A stretch of DNA of 64,000 nt, from the NCBI GenBank assembly GCA_950097015.1, contig CATNEN010000039.1:15438001-15502000 (forward strand). The letters are read 5' to 3'. This DNA comes from Macrostomum hystrix (Eukaryota; Animalia; Platyhelminthes). This document shows, one piece after another, positions 1 to 12,957 of the stretch. The notes under the pieces were generated by a model. That model searched no databases. It was not told the DNA's origin and saw nothing but the letters and a program-made list of their open reading frames with translations. The translations under genes and the position numbers were made by a program. Each line of letters starts with the position of its first letter. Position 1 is the stretch's first letter.

Positions 1-1236
1 TTAAATTGCATTCTTGGCTTATTGTCAAGAATAGCATATTGCACATTTTATATGCAAATTGATAAAATTCACAGAAGCCTAGCATATGTGCAACACAGGT
101 GTAATTAAATGTTATCATTTGGATTCTCAAGCTTAGAAATTTGAAATATTTTCTTTATATTCTGGGTTTGTTAAATTATCTCTTGTTTTTTTGCCATGTC
201 TCCAGTAATATTGAAAAACATTGCTTTAATTTTACTAGTCTTGCTAGATGCAAAATTAACAATTGTGAAAAGAATGCAATAATTTAATGTGTTGTAGGCA
301 AAAGTACTTTCTGACATTCCTATCAGTTTTGCTTATTGAAATCCATTTTTAAACTCTTCCTGTGTTGGTTTAGAAACTTATTCCCATTGGGTAGCTATTT
401 CAAAAGGTAAAAATCAGCAGCTTCAGGGCAATACAAGAAGTGAGCCAAAATATAAGCAAATTAGACATATTACTTTTATAATTGTAACTAAAATGGTATA
501 GCATTTAATTGTAAACTTTTTAAGAAAAACTCTTAATTTTGTCTTTAACTGTAGAACACTAATCAAAAGTTACTTGATGGCACCAAAAGGACAATGGGCT
601 GGAAAGCACTGATGCTCTAGCAAAATACAAATACAGAAAAGTTATAACCAAAGAGCAGCTGCCTTTAAGCCTAGATAGCCATGCAACAATTCAATACAGT
701 TGTTTAAATGCTTTATAAATATTATGATGCACTTTTCTTTTTGACAAGGTCATTTATTTTTTTATCAATTAATTTATCAAATTTTTATGTATTTTTTACT
801 GATTCCTTGAGTTAAGTTTGACAACTAATCAAAATCTTAACCTTCTAACCCTCTGTTTAAAAAAGACAAAGAGGTCTATGATCTGCTGTAACAAAAAATC
901 TGAAATAAAAAACTGAACCCCTTATAGCATGTGCACCATAATATAAGAAGTAATGATAATAATTTTTTGAATATTTACAAAAAAATAAGATAAGTTCATA
1001 GCTGTTAAAGTCAAAATTTTCATTATTGGTCATTTTCATGATTTAATCATGATTAAAATGAAAATATAAATAGTAAATTGATAAATTGTAACTAATAGTT
1101 TATTATATAATTATTCGATATAAAATTATACACACATTTAAAAAGATATAATAAGTGCTATTTGATAGACATGAATAATAGTTATAATTTTCATTTAAGG
1201 CCACATTTTTTATTTTAATTCCAGCCCATAGCTAAA

Positions 1237-4200
1237 ATGTCTAACCGGCCAACTAGAGGTAATCAGGTTGCAATGAGACCCCACCCTCCACAGAGGACAT
1301 TCGATCCTACAATGAGGCGTCCGATGGGACCTAGGGGCTCGTCTGGACCACCCAGTAGGCCTTTCGGACCACCTAGGCCTAGAGGCTATCCAGAGCCACG
1401 TGGCATGCGGCCTCCATTTTTGCCTGTCCAGCACTTCTATGGCCCGCCGCCGAACACAAGACCTCCGCCTTATTTGATGAGACAGCAGCAGCAACAGCAG
1501 CCGCCCCCGCCACCTTATGAACTGCAATCTGGGTCCTTTCCCATGCAGCAAATGAACCGGTTGATTCTGCAGCAGCCAGGAGGTCAGGGTCCACCAGTTC
1601 AGTCCTGGGTTCCCGAAAATCAGCTAAAGCAGCACGGAGCCGGTCCCGATTTAGGCCAAGACAAAGGCCCCTCAAATTCAAGTGCAGTGCAATTATTGGA
1701 GACTCAGCCTGGTCAAAATAGCACGCCACCGCCGCAGTCTGCTACTGGGCAATGCTCTGCTGAAGATGGCGACGATGTCGTGTCTCTTTTTGGCGGCAGC
1801 GACTTTGGCGATAATGAGAATGCCAATGGTAATGCAAATAATGGCAAGTCTGATTCAGGAGACAAACAGCAGCAACAGCAGCAGTCAAATAATGCAACTG
1901 CCAAAAGGCTGTTGGAGAATCCTACAGATGCTTCTAGGGCGCCAGTCCTTAATTCAACGCTCGACTCTGGCAGACAGCCAGATTTGCGTAGTCAGTTAGG
2001 ACCATCGCGAGCTTCTCGCGGCAGTTGCAGTAGCGGCGGCACTGGGGTCATCAGCGGCGGCGGCTTACTGCCCCGTCCGACGGCTCAGTCGCCAGCTGGT
2101 CAGCCACGTGTGCTACTACAAAAGCCGCCACCACAACAGGTGCAGCAGGTATTCGGGTTTTTGTATTTGCTAATATTCTTAAGCGACAGTATGCAATTAA
2201 ATCGGATATGACACAGTAAAGCAGAGTACAATGAAAAAAACACGGATGAGTAAATTTTTAGATTTGTTTATTGAAACAGCAGAATACCTTAACAAATCGT
2301 GTTATGCCCTCCAAGAAAGAATGCTTCCTCTTATTTTGTCTATCCATTTATCGGCTTACAGTGCCGATGGGAAGCATCGTAGAATTGAAGTCTAATATCC
2401 TAAAGCACTCAGTATTTTTCTATTGAGAATCTACAGGATAATATCAACCGTGCTATGCCCCAAGTGTCTTAGCAGCACTAAATAGTGCCATGAAAGGCAT
2501 ACTCTATCTTGTACACATACCCTAAAAGTGCTAACCTTACTAGCGAATGAGTTAAACGTGTTATTTATTTAGATTTAAAAATGCTTTTTTAGTCTCTAAA
2601 AGTCTTTAATTTTTAGTTTTACTTTTAAGCCTCGTTACTCATTGATAAAGGCCTCATTGACTCATTGACCAACTCCTAACCTCTTTAACCAACCCTCAAA
2701 TCAAATTGAAAACAAGTCGTTCGACACTCCGCCGCACAAGCGAGCTCGCACGCTGCTCAGCGACGGACCGCCCAATATTGGTGCTGTATTTAATCAACGT
2801 GGCGGAGTACGCGGCGGTCGTGGCAGCCTCGGTGTCAATCGTGGAGGTCGCCCAGGCGGAGGAGGCAACACCGGCGACGCCGGCCTTTCGCGCACTCTTC
2901 TACCGACACCGCACGACGATCAGGATTTTAGTCAGCAGGAGACCGATGACTTCTACAATGGCCCAGATGGAGACAGTGATGGCATCGAAGGCTCCGCTGG
3001 GACTGACTCAGCTGGCAGATATCTGCTTTTACCTCCGTCTGCTTCCGCCGCTTCTACGTCAAAGCCACCGCAGGTTGGGCTACTACAGGCGCCGGAGCAG
3101 CTGGCGTCTTCGTCTTTTCTGCCAGCGCCTGCAGGAAGCGGCGCATCAGGCCGAGCTTCTTTGCTTGGCGGCCCGCCTGGCCGCTCCCAGGTGCTGCTGC
3201 CGCCGCCGCGTCAGGTTGAGGCGTCTGCTGATACAATTCGAGTGTCTCTATTGACTTCTCAGCAGGCGATGATTCTGCCTACGTCATCGGTTATGTCGTC
3301 CGCTGTGTCTTCTACAGCTATCGCAGCCTATCCGGCTCAACAACTGCCTGTCGGCTCTGCTGGCGGCCCTTTTGGCGTAATTGGCGATGGCCTACTTGGC
3401 CGTCAGCCGCGTATGCTTCATCCCCATCAGCAAGTCCCAACTGTGAAGACGGAGGCTGAAATGCGCGCGGAACTTACCGAAGCATTTAAGAGTCAGCATT
3501 TTGAGCAGGGCTACGAGCTGTTGAAAGTGGCCAGAGCTACCTATCCGCACGAGTTTACGGATCTTGTTGTCTATGAAGTTGTTGAGTACTGTGCCAGCAA
3601 GAAGGAAGCACTGGAAGTGTGCGTCCTGACAGCTCGACTTATCAGCGAGCCAAATGTCAAGTAAGTAAATAAAATTCAATGTGGCTAAATCTGTTACAAG
3701 TCTAGATGCCCTTGGCAGTGGCCAACTTGATTATGAATTTCTCATACCTTTCTATCCTATCCGTCTAGACTGCTTGAGCTTCTGGCAGATTTAGCCGAGA
3801 AAAATCCAGGCCAGCTGCGCCCGCTAACAGATGAACTCTGGCTAGTGTTTAACAACGTGCTTACCCTGCAACCGGATGCCACTGCTATGATGGCCTTTAT
3901 CAGGTATGAATTGAACGGCAATTTAAAAAAATTGTTTTAGTTCGATTACTAGGTAATAGCTTGTTTATTATAACTATACATCAACACGCATTCAGGTGCT
4001 TTTCTTCTTTGAAGAGCTGGACAAAAGTATGGGGCGCCGTTGACAGATTCGCTCCGATGCAGATCATCCCAATCGAAGGCTTCATTTTCTGTCTAGAGGC
4101 ACTGGTGAATGGCAACGCTTCTGAATTTGTTAATCTGGGCATCAGCCTGCTGAGCAACATGGACCCGCAGAATCTGCAACAGGTCGGTCTGGAGCTCGTT

Positions 4201-7200
4201 GAGCGTCTCTGGCTTCGCTGCGCCCTGGATGGCAGCTCGGAGAATGTTCTCCGTATTGAGCACATTCGCGCTATCTTCCATCTAACGCCGCTGCAGCAGA
4301 GCAACTTTTTAAATCGCATCCGCGTCAAAGTCACTGAGTTGGTCATGGGAAACGATTTCGACACTCTGTGCAAATTTTTCTCTTCCGTATCTAACCAGGA
4401 AGTTCTATCCGAGTTTGTTATTGACGCATTCCACGTTGCGGAAGATCCACAGGCCAAGTTTGAACTGTTAAGCAAGGCCATTGCTGAGAAATGTAGGTGG
4501 CAATGTTTTTTGTTTTTAAGCTGTATATAAAATTGGCTTAACTACCGCTTTTGCATAGCTAGTTTACCATCAAAGCTCACTTATTCTTTCCTCAAATTTC
4601 TACATTTATCAAGCAATTTGTCAAACGAGCAAACAGAAAAACTCTGAAATTTCTTAATTTATAGCTCTAGTAAAGCAGTATTTTTGGGAGCGTCTTTTGG
4701 GAGGATTTTTGGGAGGATTTTTGGGAGCGTCTTAATGGAGTAATATTGATAATGATGAATCCAGAGTTGTCCTTTACTATCGGCTTTATCGACGCATTTT
4801 AAACGTCTCGTTTACGACTCTTAAATGACTGAGCTTTTTTTTAAATGACTCAAACTCTTAAGACCAATAACTATTTATATTAGTGACTCTAGCCAAAAAT
4901 GATAACACCACAAGTTGTTATTACGATTCATTGAGATTAGAAAGGACAAAACATCATCAATTATAATCCTTTGTACTGCTGTCGAAGCAATTCAGAAGCT
5001 AACAGCATTGCTAATTAAAGCTATCTTGTCTTTTGATATTTCGTAGTTATTCTTTCCTTTTAATATCCCTGGACCGCTCTAGTCTTAAGTGACTAAAAAG
5101 CTCCCGAAAAGTCTTAGAGACGCTGGCATTGTTTTTTTTAATGTTCGATTTACATCTCAATACTTTTGTCATCTCAGTTCGCAGCCGCAACCCAACTATG
5201 GAGGCCTTTATAAGCCAGACAGCTGTGCGACTCCTAAAAAAGTCAGCCGACCGAATGCAGTGGGCCGACGCTTTAAAACTGCTGCGCAGTCTGCGTGGCC
5301 TGAACATCAATCTGTTCAAGGCGGTCAGTTTGACCCAACCGGACATGTCCGAGTCGGCCATCGCCAATCTTGCCTTCCAAATCTACATGCGCAGTCAGTG
5401 CTACTCTATTGCGGCAAGCATGCTGTCGGCTGACACATCTCCAATCGGCCTCGCGTTGCCAGTAGCTGGCGAGCACGCCTCGTCTCGATTCCAGCTCTTG
5501 CACGAGTTGTGCACCGCCTGCATTGCTGAGGGTACCCTAGCCGACGCTGCAGCTGCCCTGAACGCCATGATGCAGCATCCGGTTTCGCGAAGCAGTGGTG
5601 AGATTGGTTTCTTTTTACCTTATTATCTTTCTATTTGAACTATCGGCAAAGTAGTAAATTTTTAGGGTATGTAAAATAATCCAGGAATTTAAAATTGTCT
5701 GTATAATAATCCTATTCATATGATCTAGTATATATATATTTATATTGATTTGGGTTTTGATTTGGCTTTAATATGAATATAAATTTAAAGTATAATTTAA
5801 AGTAGGGAAATTCTTAAAATTTGCCCAAGTTTCTGTGCGTCATAAAAAAATTATTGTAAATTAAGTACTAAAAAGACTTTTTTAAACAGAGGTTAAGTTT
5901 TTGGAATATCAAAGTAGTATTTTTTACTGCAATCATAATAAATCGTAAAAGTATGCAACGTATAGCCAACTAAATTTTTTTATATCGAAAAGATATTTTA
6001 TAAAAATAGCTTTTGATATTTATGGATTCTTAGCTCCTTCCTGTAAATTCAAGGTAACAAGCGTTTTAGTGGCATCCAACTTGTTGTTCATATAAACACT
6101 TATACATTTCTTGATCTTCACAAGCAAAAATAAAAGTAACATTTATTTACTTTCATAAAAAATTCTATATAAAACCTTCTGAATGTAAAACCCTATGGTT
6201 TGTATATTTTTTATCGCGTTTGCGTGTGTTAAGCATTTAAATTAGTTCGTTATGTTATTTTTGTATCTACAAAGCAAATAAAATCCACTAGATAATTTCC
6301 GTCCTTTATCTGCGCCTTATCTGCTCGGTAGGCTTGGCTGCGCCAACAATATCTTCGAGAAGTAATCTGGAAGGAATAATAATGTTAAAAATGGAAGTAC
6401 AGATTATTTCAACACTTCTGCGTTGGCGTAAAAATACTTAGAAGTTTGAAAGTTGTAATCTTAACATAGTGCCCCATCAAACTAACGCTGGTGTCATTTA
6501 CAAGTCTCATTTAAGTTCTAAAGCTTATTAGCTGTGAAGAACCCGATACAGTTCTAAAGTTTTTATGATGAAAAACATAAGCCCTAGTTAATGACATAAA
6601 GCCAGCTAAATAGTGAGGCTGTCTGATATCGGATATCAGTGCCTCACGATCGCCGACTCCAGACCACCCCTTGGTGCTGGCATTCAAGAGGCTACAATCA
6701 ATTATTATTGATTGAGTCTGAGATCAGGTAGCTTGCAGACCGCCAAACCACACAATGTGGATCCGTTTGGCCTCCTTCGATAGTGATAATGGTATACCTG
6801 GTTTCATGCAGTCTGGAAATTTTTTTTAAGTCACATAGGGTACTGTCTAACTGCCGACTGATCATCGCCTGTGCCGCATGACTGGAGTGACTGTCGAATT
6901 CGCCAGTATCTCCAAAAAGGCCTGACAGCTCCCCCTCTCGGATAGCACTGAGTTCTATTCTATTATAAACCCGTGATTATACGACTCGCTGTAATTATTT
7001 TATGTAAAACTCCTATGTCATAATTTCTAGTCTTCTTAGAAGCAGTGCACTTGGCGGTTGCTATCGGTGTCAAATCCGAGAGTAAGCAATTTCTATAGAC
7101 AAGCAGTTGTTTTTTCCTGTTCATTCATAACTTTCCATTTTCTATATTAGTCTGACTTGCGGGATTCAGTGTCACCAAAAGCCGTCAAAACACATGGCCA

Positions 7201-8039
7201 AAACATGGAGGAATGAAGCACTTCGCTGTGGAACACACCTTGCCGAGGCTAGGGCTGCTAGATTTGAATTTACTTTTGCCAAACTAGGAATTAAAAAAAA
7301 GATATAGTAGCTTATAAAGTATGATTTGGTAAAAAGACCTGCGTCTTGCTCGGTAGCTATTTTATGTGAATTACAAAGTGGAAAATATTTTGTAGCCCCA
7401 ACCAAAATCTCTTTAATTTATGCAGAGCTGAATAAAGTCTACAACGAATTTCTGGCTGCCTGCTGCGAAGCCAGCAGCGAGGATCTGAAAGTCGGCGTCG
7501 AGATTATTCCTAAAGCACACACGGCCTCCCTAGTGATAAGTGCCACAGTCCTGCGAATGCTTCTATGCGCTTCGTTCAAACACGGAATGAAGGCTCACGC
7601 TAAAGAATACCTGATGCTTGGAACTAAAGTGGGCATCTATCCTGTAATTAGCGTCTCCTGTCCCGGCCCTAAGACCGTTCAGCTGCAGAGCGATCTGGCT
7701 AAGGATGAGATACAGGTTATTCTAAGCAATCTTTTCGTTAAGCTAAAGAAGTATCTGATGGAAAGTTTGCAGTCCCGCGAACTTGACGTTATCCAAGAGT
7801 GCACCATCAAGCTAACTGCTTTGGGAGTTGGCAATCGTGACGCCAAGTTCATTGAGGTGCATAAAATTCAGAGCAGCGAGCAGGCTGTTCTACAAAGAGC
7901 GTCTGAAATTTTACAGACTCCTAACAACTTCCAAAGCGTGGTTTCTACACGCTTTTTATCGGAGAATGGTGTCAGCGTTCTTAAGTTGGATGGTACGATG
8001 GTTTACCAGTGCGTCTATTATGTTGATGAAGATGTCTAA
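1237..8039 (+). CDS. TOPAZ1: TOPAZ1-like protein, six predicted exons, ~1173 aa; P/Q/G-rich and RGG-containing N-terminus, helical C-terminal region
   Basis: Phase-compatible GT-AG exons: 1237-2148, 2717-3660 (acceptor uncertain), 3769-3903, 3996-4492, 5178-5597, 7426-8039, total 3522 nt. Segments WADALKLLRSLRGLNI..ANLAFQIYMRS, RFQLLHELCTACIAEG, NKVYNEFLAACCE and ISATVLRMLLCASFKHGMKAHAKEYLMLGTKVGIYP..KTVQLQSDLAKDEI match, in order, the TOPAZ1 C-terminal region as I recall it. Confidence 0.65.
4681..4732. repeat. short tandem repeat, 13-14 bp unit TTTTGGGAG(CGTC/GAT), 4 copies, in intron 4
   Basis: Read directly from the sequence. Confidence 0.7.
6640..6790 (+). mobile_element. possible decayed non-LTR retrotransposon C-terminal fragment in intron 5
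   Basis: Translates to PDHPLVLAFKRLQS, resembling the DPxHPL..F..L.S motif at the end of L2/Rex1/Crack ORF2. Very short and degenerate. Confidence 0.25.
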
Positions 8040-8916
8040 ACCATTAAATTTAGTTTATTTTCTAGTTACCCTTTAGGTAGTCCAAATTTCAGTCTAGTTA
8101 GGCTTCACTTTAATTTTTTTATTACTTCTAGGTAGTGTTTTAATCTACATGGAACAGTTGACTGACATAAGCCACTATTAATTCTGCATAAATTTAAGTT
8201 TCCTTTAACTGTTTCTCCGAATGTTGCATTAAATTGTGTATTTGTCAGTCTGAATGTAACTACTTATCTAATAGCAAATCAAACTTAAAGTATTACTTAA
8301 ACTTATAATTACTTATAATAACTTCTTCTTACTTGGACTTAAAAATTCTGTCATTAAAGTAAATTATCAGCTTAGATTCACAAAAACGTATAAACTTTGC
8401 TGGCACTAGAGTACATTTACATTTTAAAGTAATAATTAAAAATATTTTATGTAGGTCAGTATTTTAAGTAACTGACGGAAGTATAGTGACATTTTGTATT
8501 GTAGCTAGTTTACTTCGGTAAAATGTTTAGCTGTTACTTTATTATCGATCCTTAATGGAAAAAACTTTGTTAGTTAGTATATAACTTTTCGTAATCTATT
8601 TAACTGTACTAAGTCATATTGCATAAATTTTATTTTCAATAGTGCTAAGATACTGTTTCCTACTGGCTGGCTTTACTATTGTGAGTGTTTCGGCATGTTT
8701 GATTATTTTAATAAACTTTCACAATTATTTTAATCTTTCGAACCCAAAGTGAAATGCTACTTATTCGCGTTCTAAAAATAGTTCATTTCATTTTTTATGC
8801 TAAAATCTTGCAACCAACTTACTACCGGTGGTGGGCGAAACGCCATTTATAGGCCGCGAGGCCTTATCGCAACCCCAGGGTAAAAGCAAAGGAGCTTAGC
8901 CTTAGCCCATCCCGCG

Positions 8917-9330
8917 TCAGCAGCAGCAGCAGCAGCAGGCAGGTTCACTGGGTTAGAGTTGGCCATGTTTAACCTACCGAGCTCTCGGATCCTCTCCGGA
9001 GTGGTCAGCTCGTTCTTCACACAACTGCACACTGGGAGTGACCAATGTGCAGTCTACGCTCTTTATCGAAGAATAAGCGAAATGTGACGTGTGGCGCTGC
9101 TGTTTTCTCACCTAAGCCGCAAATAGGGCAGGTGGGATGTACACAGTTTAGAGTGACACTTGTCTCTGGAAGAAGCCATGACATATGATGGTCATGCACA
9201 TCTCGCTAAGGCCATTTCTGTTTACGAGTAGAAAAATCACGTAGTCAGATTTCCCGGTTTATTCAGGGATAGCGAAACGGGCTTGCCTGTAGTCTTCACA
9301 GTCGCTCCAGAGGGTCTGGTGCCTCTTTAA
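8917..9330 (-). mobile_element. 3' end remnant of a LINE (I/LOA/R1-like)
   Basis: Minus-strand PTCPICGLGEKTAAPH resembles a degenerate C-terminal CCHC knuckle. It is followed by a (CTG)n tail at ~8917-8937. Confidence 0.45.
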
Positions 9331-10648
9331 GAACAAAAGCATGATAGGAGCAATGATTCTTTAGCATCAATGAACAAGTGAACAACAAGGTATAAATTTA
9401 CCCAATTAACCAATACTCCAAGTTGATTACATGAATTTTAGCTCATGGAACAAAAATAATACACTAAAATGAATTCGTCTCTAAATTATTAGATTTTTAG
9501 TCTTAGGTTTCATTAAAATATGTGAATTTTTGCTTAGTAGCTAAAAGGCAATGGCATTAATTTTGTTTATTAATAATTATTTTAATGGCACTTAACCTGG
9601 CTTGTTTTACATAAACTATATATGAAAGAGTTAGGTATGTCGATTAGGCGCACGGAACTTCCAATCGTAGAAATTTCGAACTTCCAATTCCAATTGTCGG
9701 AATTCTTATAATGACATTCTCGAGCTCGGAATTCACAATAGAACGTGGGCCCAATTAAAATCTCTTGAAAATTTCGTGCAATTAATCCTTCTAAAGGGCG
9801 TTTTCAATTATTAGTAGAACTTACCAAATATTAAACTACTCGTATGATTGTATCTGTGAATATATAGACAAAATATATATATAAATATTTTAGGCAATCA
9901 AAGCTAAACAGGTCGGCACTTTAGAAAGTAATCTTAGTAATTTAGTTAATAATAGTAGCGGAGAGGCTAGTCTGACTAAGATTATAACAGATTCTTAAAA
10001 TGTAGATACTTCAACGCAAAGTTGAGACTTCTTAGTCTGAATCTTAGTTATATTATTATTACCAAGAGTGCAAATTTTATCATGATTCCGTAGTTCGTAG
10101 TTCCGTATTCTGTAGGGCCTAACTAAATTTCAGAACTTCTATTTAGTTAGGCCCTTTTAGATTTATCGTCTGTATTTGTAAATGTCAAACTTTATCAACA
10201 TTTCTGCAGCAAATATAGATTTACATATTTACATATTTCTCTGGGGGCTAGAAAAACTTGAATTGAGTAAAAAATACTATATTCTCGCGTCGTTTCTGGC
10301 GAAAATTCACTCAGCCAGCGCTTCGTTAGAAAAAAGCGCCATAGCGCCCTCTGGAACCGAAGTGTCTTTATCAGCTTTAGCATCAGAGATGAATGCGCGC
10401 AGACGCTCAATCTTGAAAGTATAGGCTTAGTATATTTCTTTCTAATATAGTTAGACTACAATTTTTGGCTGCGTTAATTTTTTGTCACCAATATGCCGTA
10501 AAAATTGCAAATTTCAAATTGCACACTAAAATTATAATAGTTTTATAAAAAACTTGTTTCTATAGTCAATCAAAGTAAAGTATACTCAGAGTAAAATCTG
10601 AATGTGTATAAGTATACTAGACAATTTTATAAAACAAACAGGTGATAG

Positions 10649-12335
10649 TGTGACGATATTAAGGCAAAATAACGAAGGCTCGGCGAAATCTAGTCGGCAT
10701 TTCTTGGAATCCTCAATTCTCAGATGGCAGGCTTAGTGAATATAGTGTAGCGGTAGCACTTTACTTGTTTATTTGGGTTCACTGGGGCGCACGACAATTA
10801 GTAAGTGATTAAGGCAGGTGCAGGAGCTCTGACGGCGAAACGAACAAAGGTGGGGCTAATTTGTGAGACGAGTAGAGATCAGAGTGGCACGGAGTGGCAG
10901 TACAATAAGGCTGGAAAGGGAACGGCACGGAACGGAACGGCGGGACGGTGGAACGGTGGCGCGGTGGGGCGCGTGAAGAGTTTTGCGTGTTGATCAGACA
11001 CACGAAACTCCCACTTCTAGATAATGGGGAACAATTGCCTAGGAATTTATAACAGTCACGAGACACTTACTGCAATTGCTTCTTATTCCTTAAGTAGTTT
11101 GTAGTTTTCTGGGTCCTTGTAGTCCTTGTTCTTCTTATTCTGGTCGACCGTGAGGTTTCGAGTCTGTGTTTCTTGAGTCTTTGGAGTCCTGTCTTCTTTG
11201 TCTTCCTGGCAGCTGCTTGAGTTTGTCTGTTGGCCAATAAATGACGAGAGCGAATCAGATTACTTGTCGGTTTCCTCGAGCTCAGAATTCACAATATAAC
11301 CTTGCGCCCTAGTGAACAATTGAAATCTCTCTTGTAGATATCTAATAGGTCCTCTGAAGGGCGTCTTCTTCGTTACCTCCGAAAGATAACGGATAACTCA
11401 AATCAAATCAATCAATAATCCTCTAGGAATGTATCCTAGGAAAAAAGGAGGCCTTTCTCAAATGTATCGACGATATGTGGCTCTCGTAAACTTAGTTTAA
11501 TTAACAACGATTGCTAGCAATAAATAACTCTGTCTAGTAAAGCGCTTACCACTTGTCTTTCCCTAAGAGATGAGTCCTCTTTGTAAGCTTTTTGAAGTCC
11601 GGTGGACCGCTCCGAGTCTGAATTTTCAGCTCGGATTTTCGCTTATATTTATAGTAAAATTTTGGGGGCAAACCGGTTTAGGACCGGGTGTTTACATTGG
11701 GCATACATGTTTGCACAGTGAGGTCAAACTTGTTTGTTCAGCTGCGTTTTGGGGGTTTTTCAGGTGAACATTACCATATTCGGAATTCAAGCAAATACAG
11801 ATGTCGAGAACCGGTTCTTCGGTTTCATGTAACGTGACTTTGTTTCCAAAAAAGCGCATGACTCATTTCTAAAATTAGATTAAACGTTATGGCTGAGGTT
11901 TCCTTGTGACATTACTTTAAGTAGCGCGTTAAGCAAAAGCATATTTTACAACTTTCTATACGCGGGCGGGCTCAGGGGACCTAGTTAAATAGGCTAGGCA
12001 GACGGAAAACGAGGGTGATCGATAAATTGAGCCAACAGAGAGCTCGCACGCTCATTGGCTGAGAGAGTAATATTATAAGATTGCGACAATATTTTCAGGC
12101 AGCATGATGTACGTCAACGTCTACTGACAGTAACAATATAGCAACCCAGTTGCTAGAAACGTAAAGGCGTAAAATCAGCGACATGTATATATGCAAGGAA
12201 GCACTGAGTGAGTTACGGCACCACCTTGGCCATAACAACCGGAAAATTGCGCAGCGCGATTCACAGGGTCACATCAACGGCGAAGACGCAGGGGACGGAG
12301 ACGAAGGGGCTTCTACCCAAAGTGACAACGTCACA
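10649..12335. mobile_element. solo LTR, 1687 bp, with 5-bp TSD
   Basis: Termini TGTGACG...CGTCACA form a 7-bp inverted repeat. GATAG flanks both sides (10644-10648 and 12336-12340). No coding capacity. Confidence 0.75.
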
Positions 12336-12957
12336 GATAGTGTTTTAATAGCCTTTGATATATATTTTTCAAATTTATACGAGCGTAAGTACATTTAAAT
12401 GATAAAAGGCCCACTAGGCCTATTAGTATGAGTAGGATTAACAAGAGGTGCATAAATAAACAGTTTTTGCTTATAATTCTAATAACAAGACTTTATGTAA
12501 TTAAAAAGTATTAAATATATATATTACTTTATTACTTGTTTCCTGAAAAAGGTTAAATATTGTTAGATGCAGAGCACCAGCGTCTAGTTAGGGCGTGAGG
12601 ACGCACCCGCAGCTGCAAGTCGCGGCGGTTCGCTGGCTTGAGCTGCTTTCAGTCGAGGCGTAAGGACGCGCTTGCTGGCGTAAATAAAGCTGGTACCGTA
12701 TCCGTTCCAGAGAGACTTATACCTCTAGGCGGCGTTCGGACGCGCAGACCTTCCCCGCTATACGCAAAGAAATGACAAACGCCAACGCTTACAGTTAGAG
12801 GTGATGAGCTGAGTCTTGTCCCCTGCGCACTGAGGCAACTGAATAAAACTTTGGCATGCCGCCAACTGGCCAACTTCCCATCCGACTATTCTATATCGTG
12901 ACGCAATAGTGCGTTTCGGAGGGTTTTTGAGACAGTGGTAAACATCAGCGAGAACAT

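Noticed and set aside
2706-3254. 182-aa ORF as a separate gene
   Set aside because: Alternative frame of exon 2; the RGG-containing frame is the one continuous with the downstream exons.
8824-8915. Hammerhead ribozyme (GGCGAAACGCC and AGGCCGCGAGGCCT hairpins)
   Set aside because: No CUGANGA core in a compatible position.
12341-12957. 3' LTR of the gypsy element or a second solo LTR
   Set aside because: No similarity to 15731-16224 and no matching TSD around the TGTT..AACA candidates.
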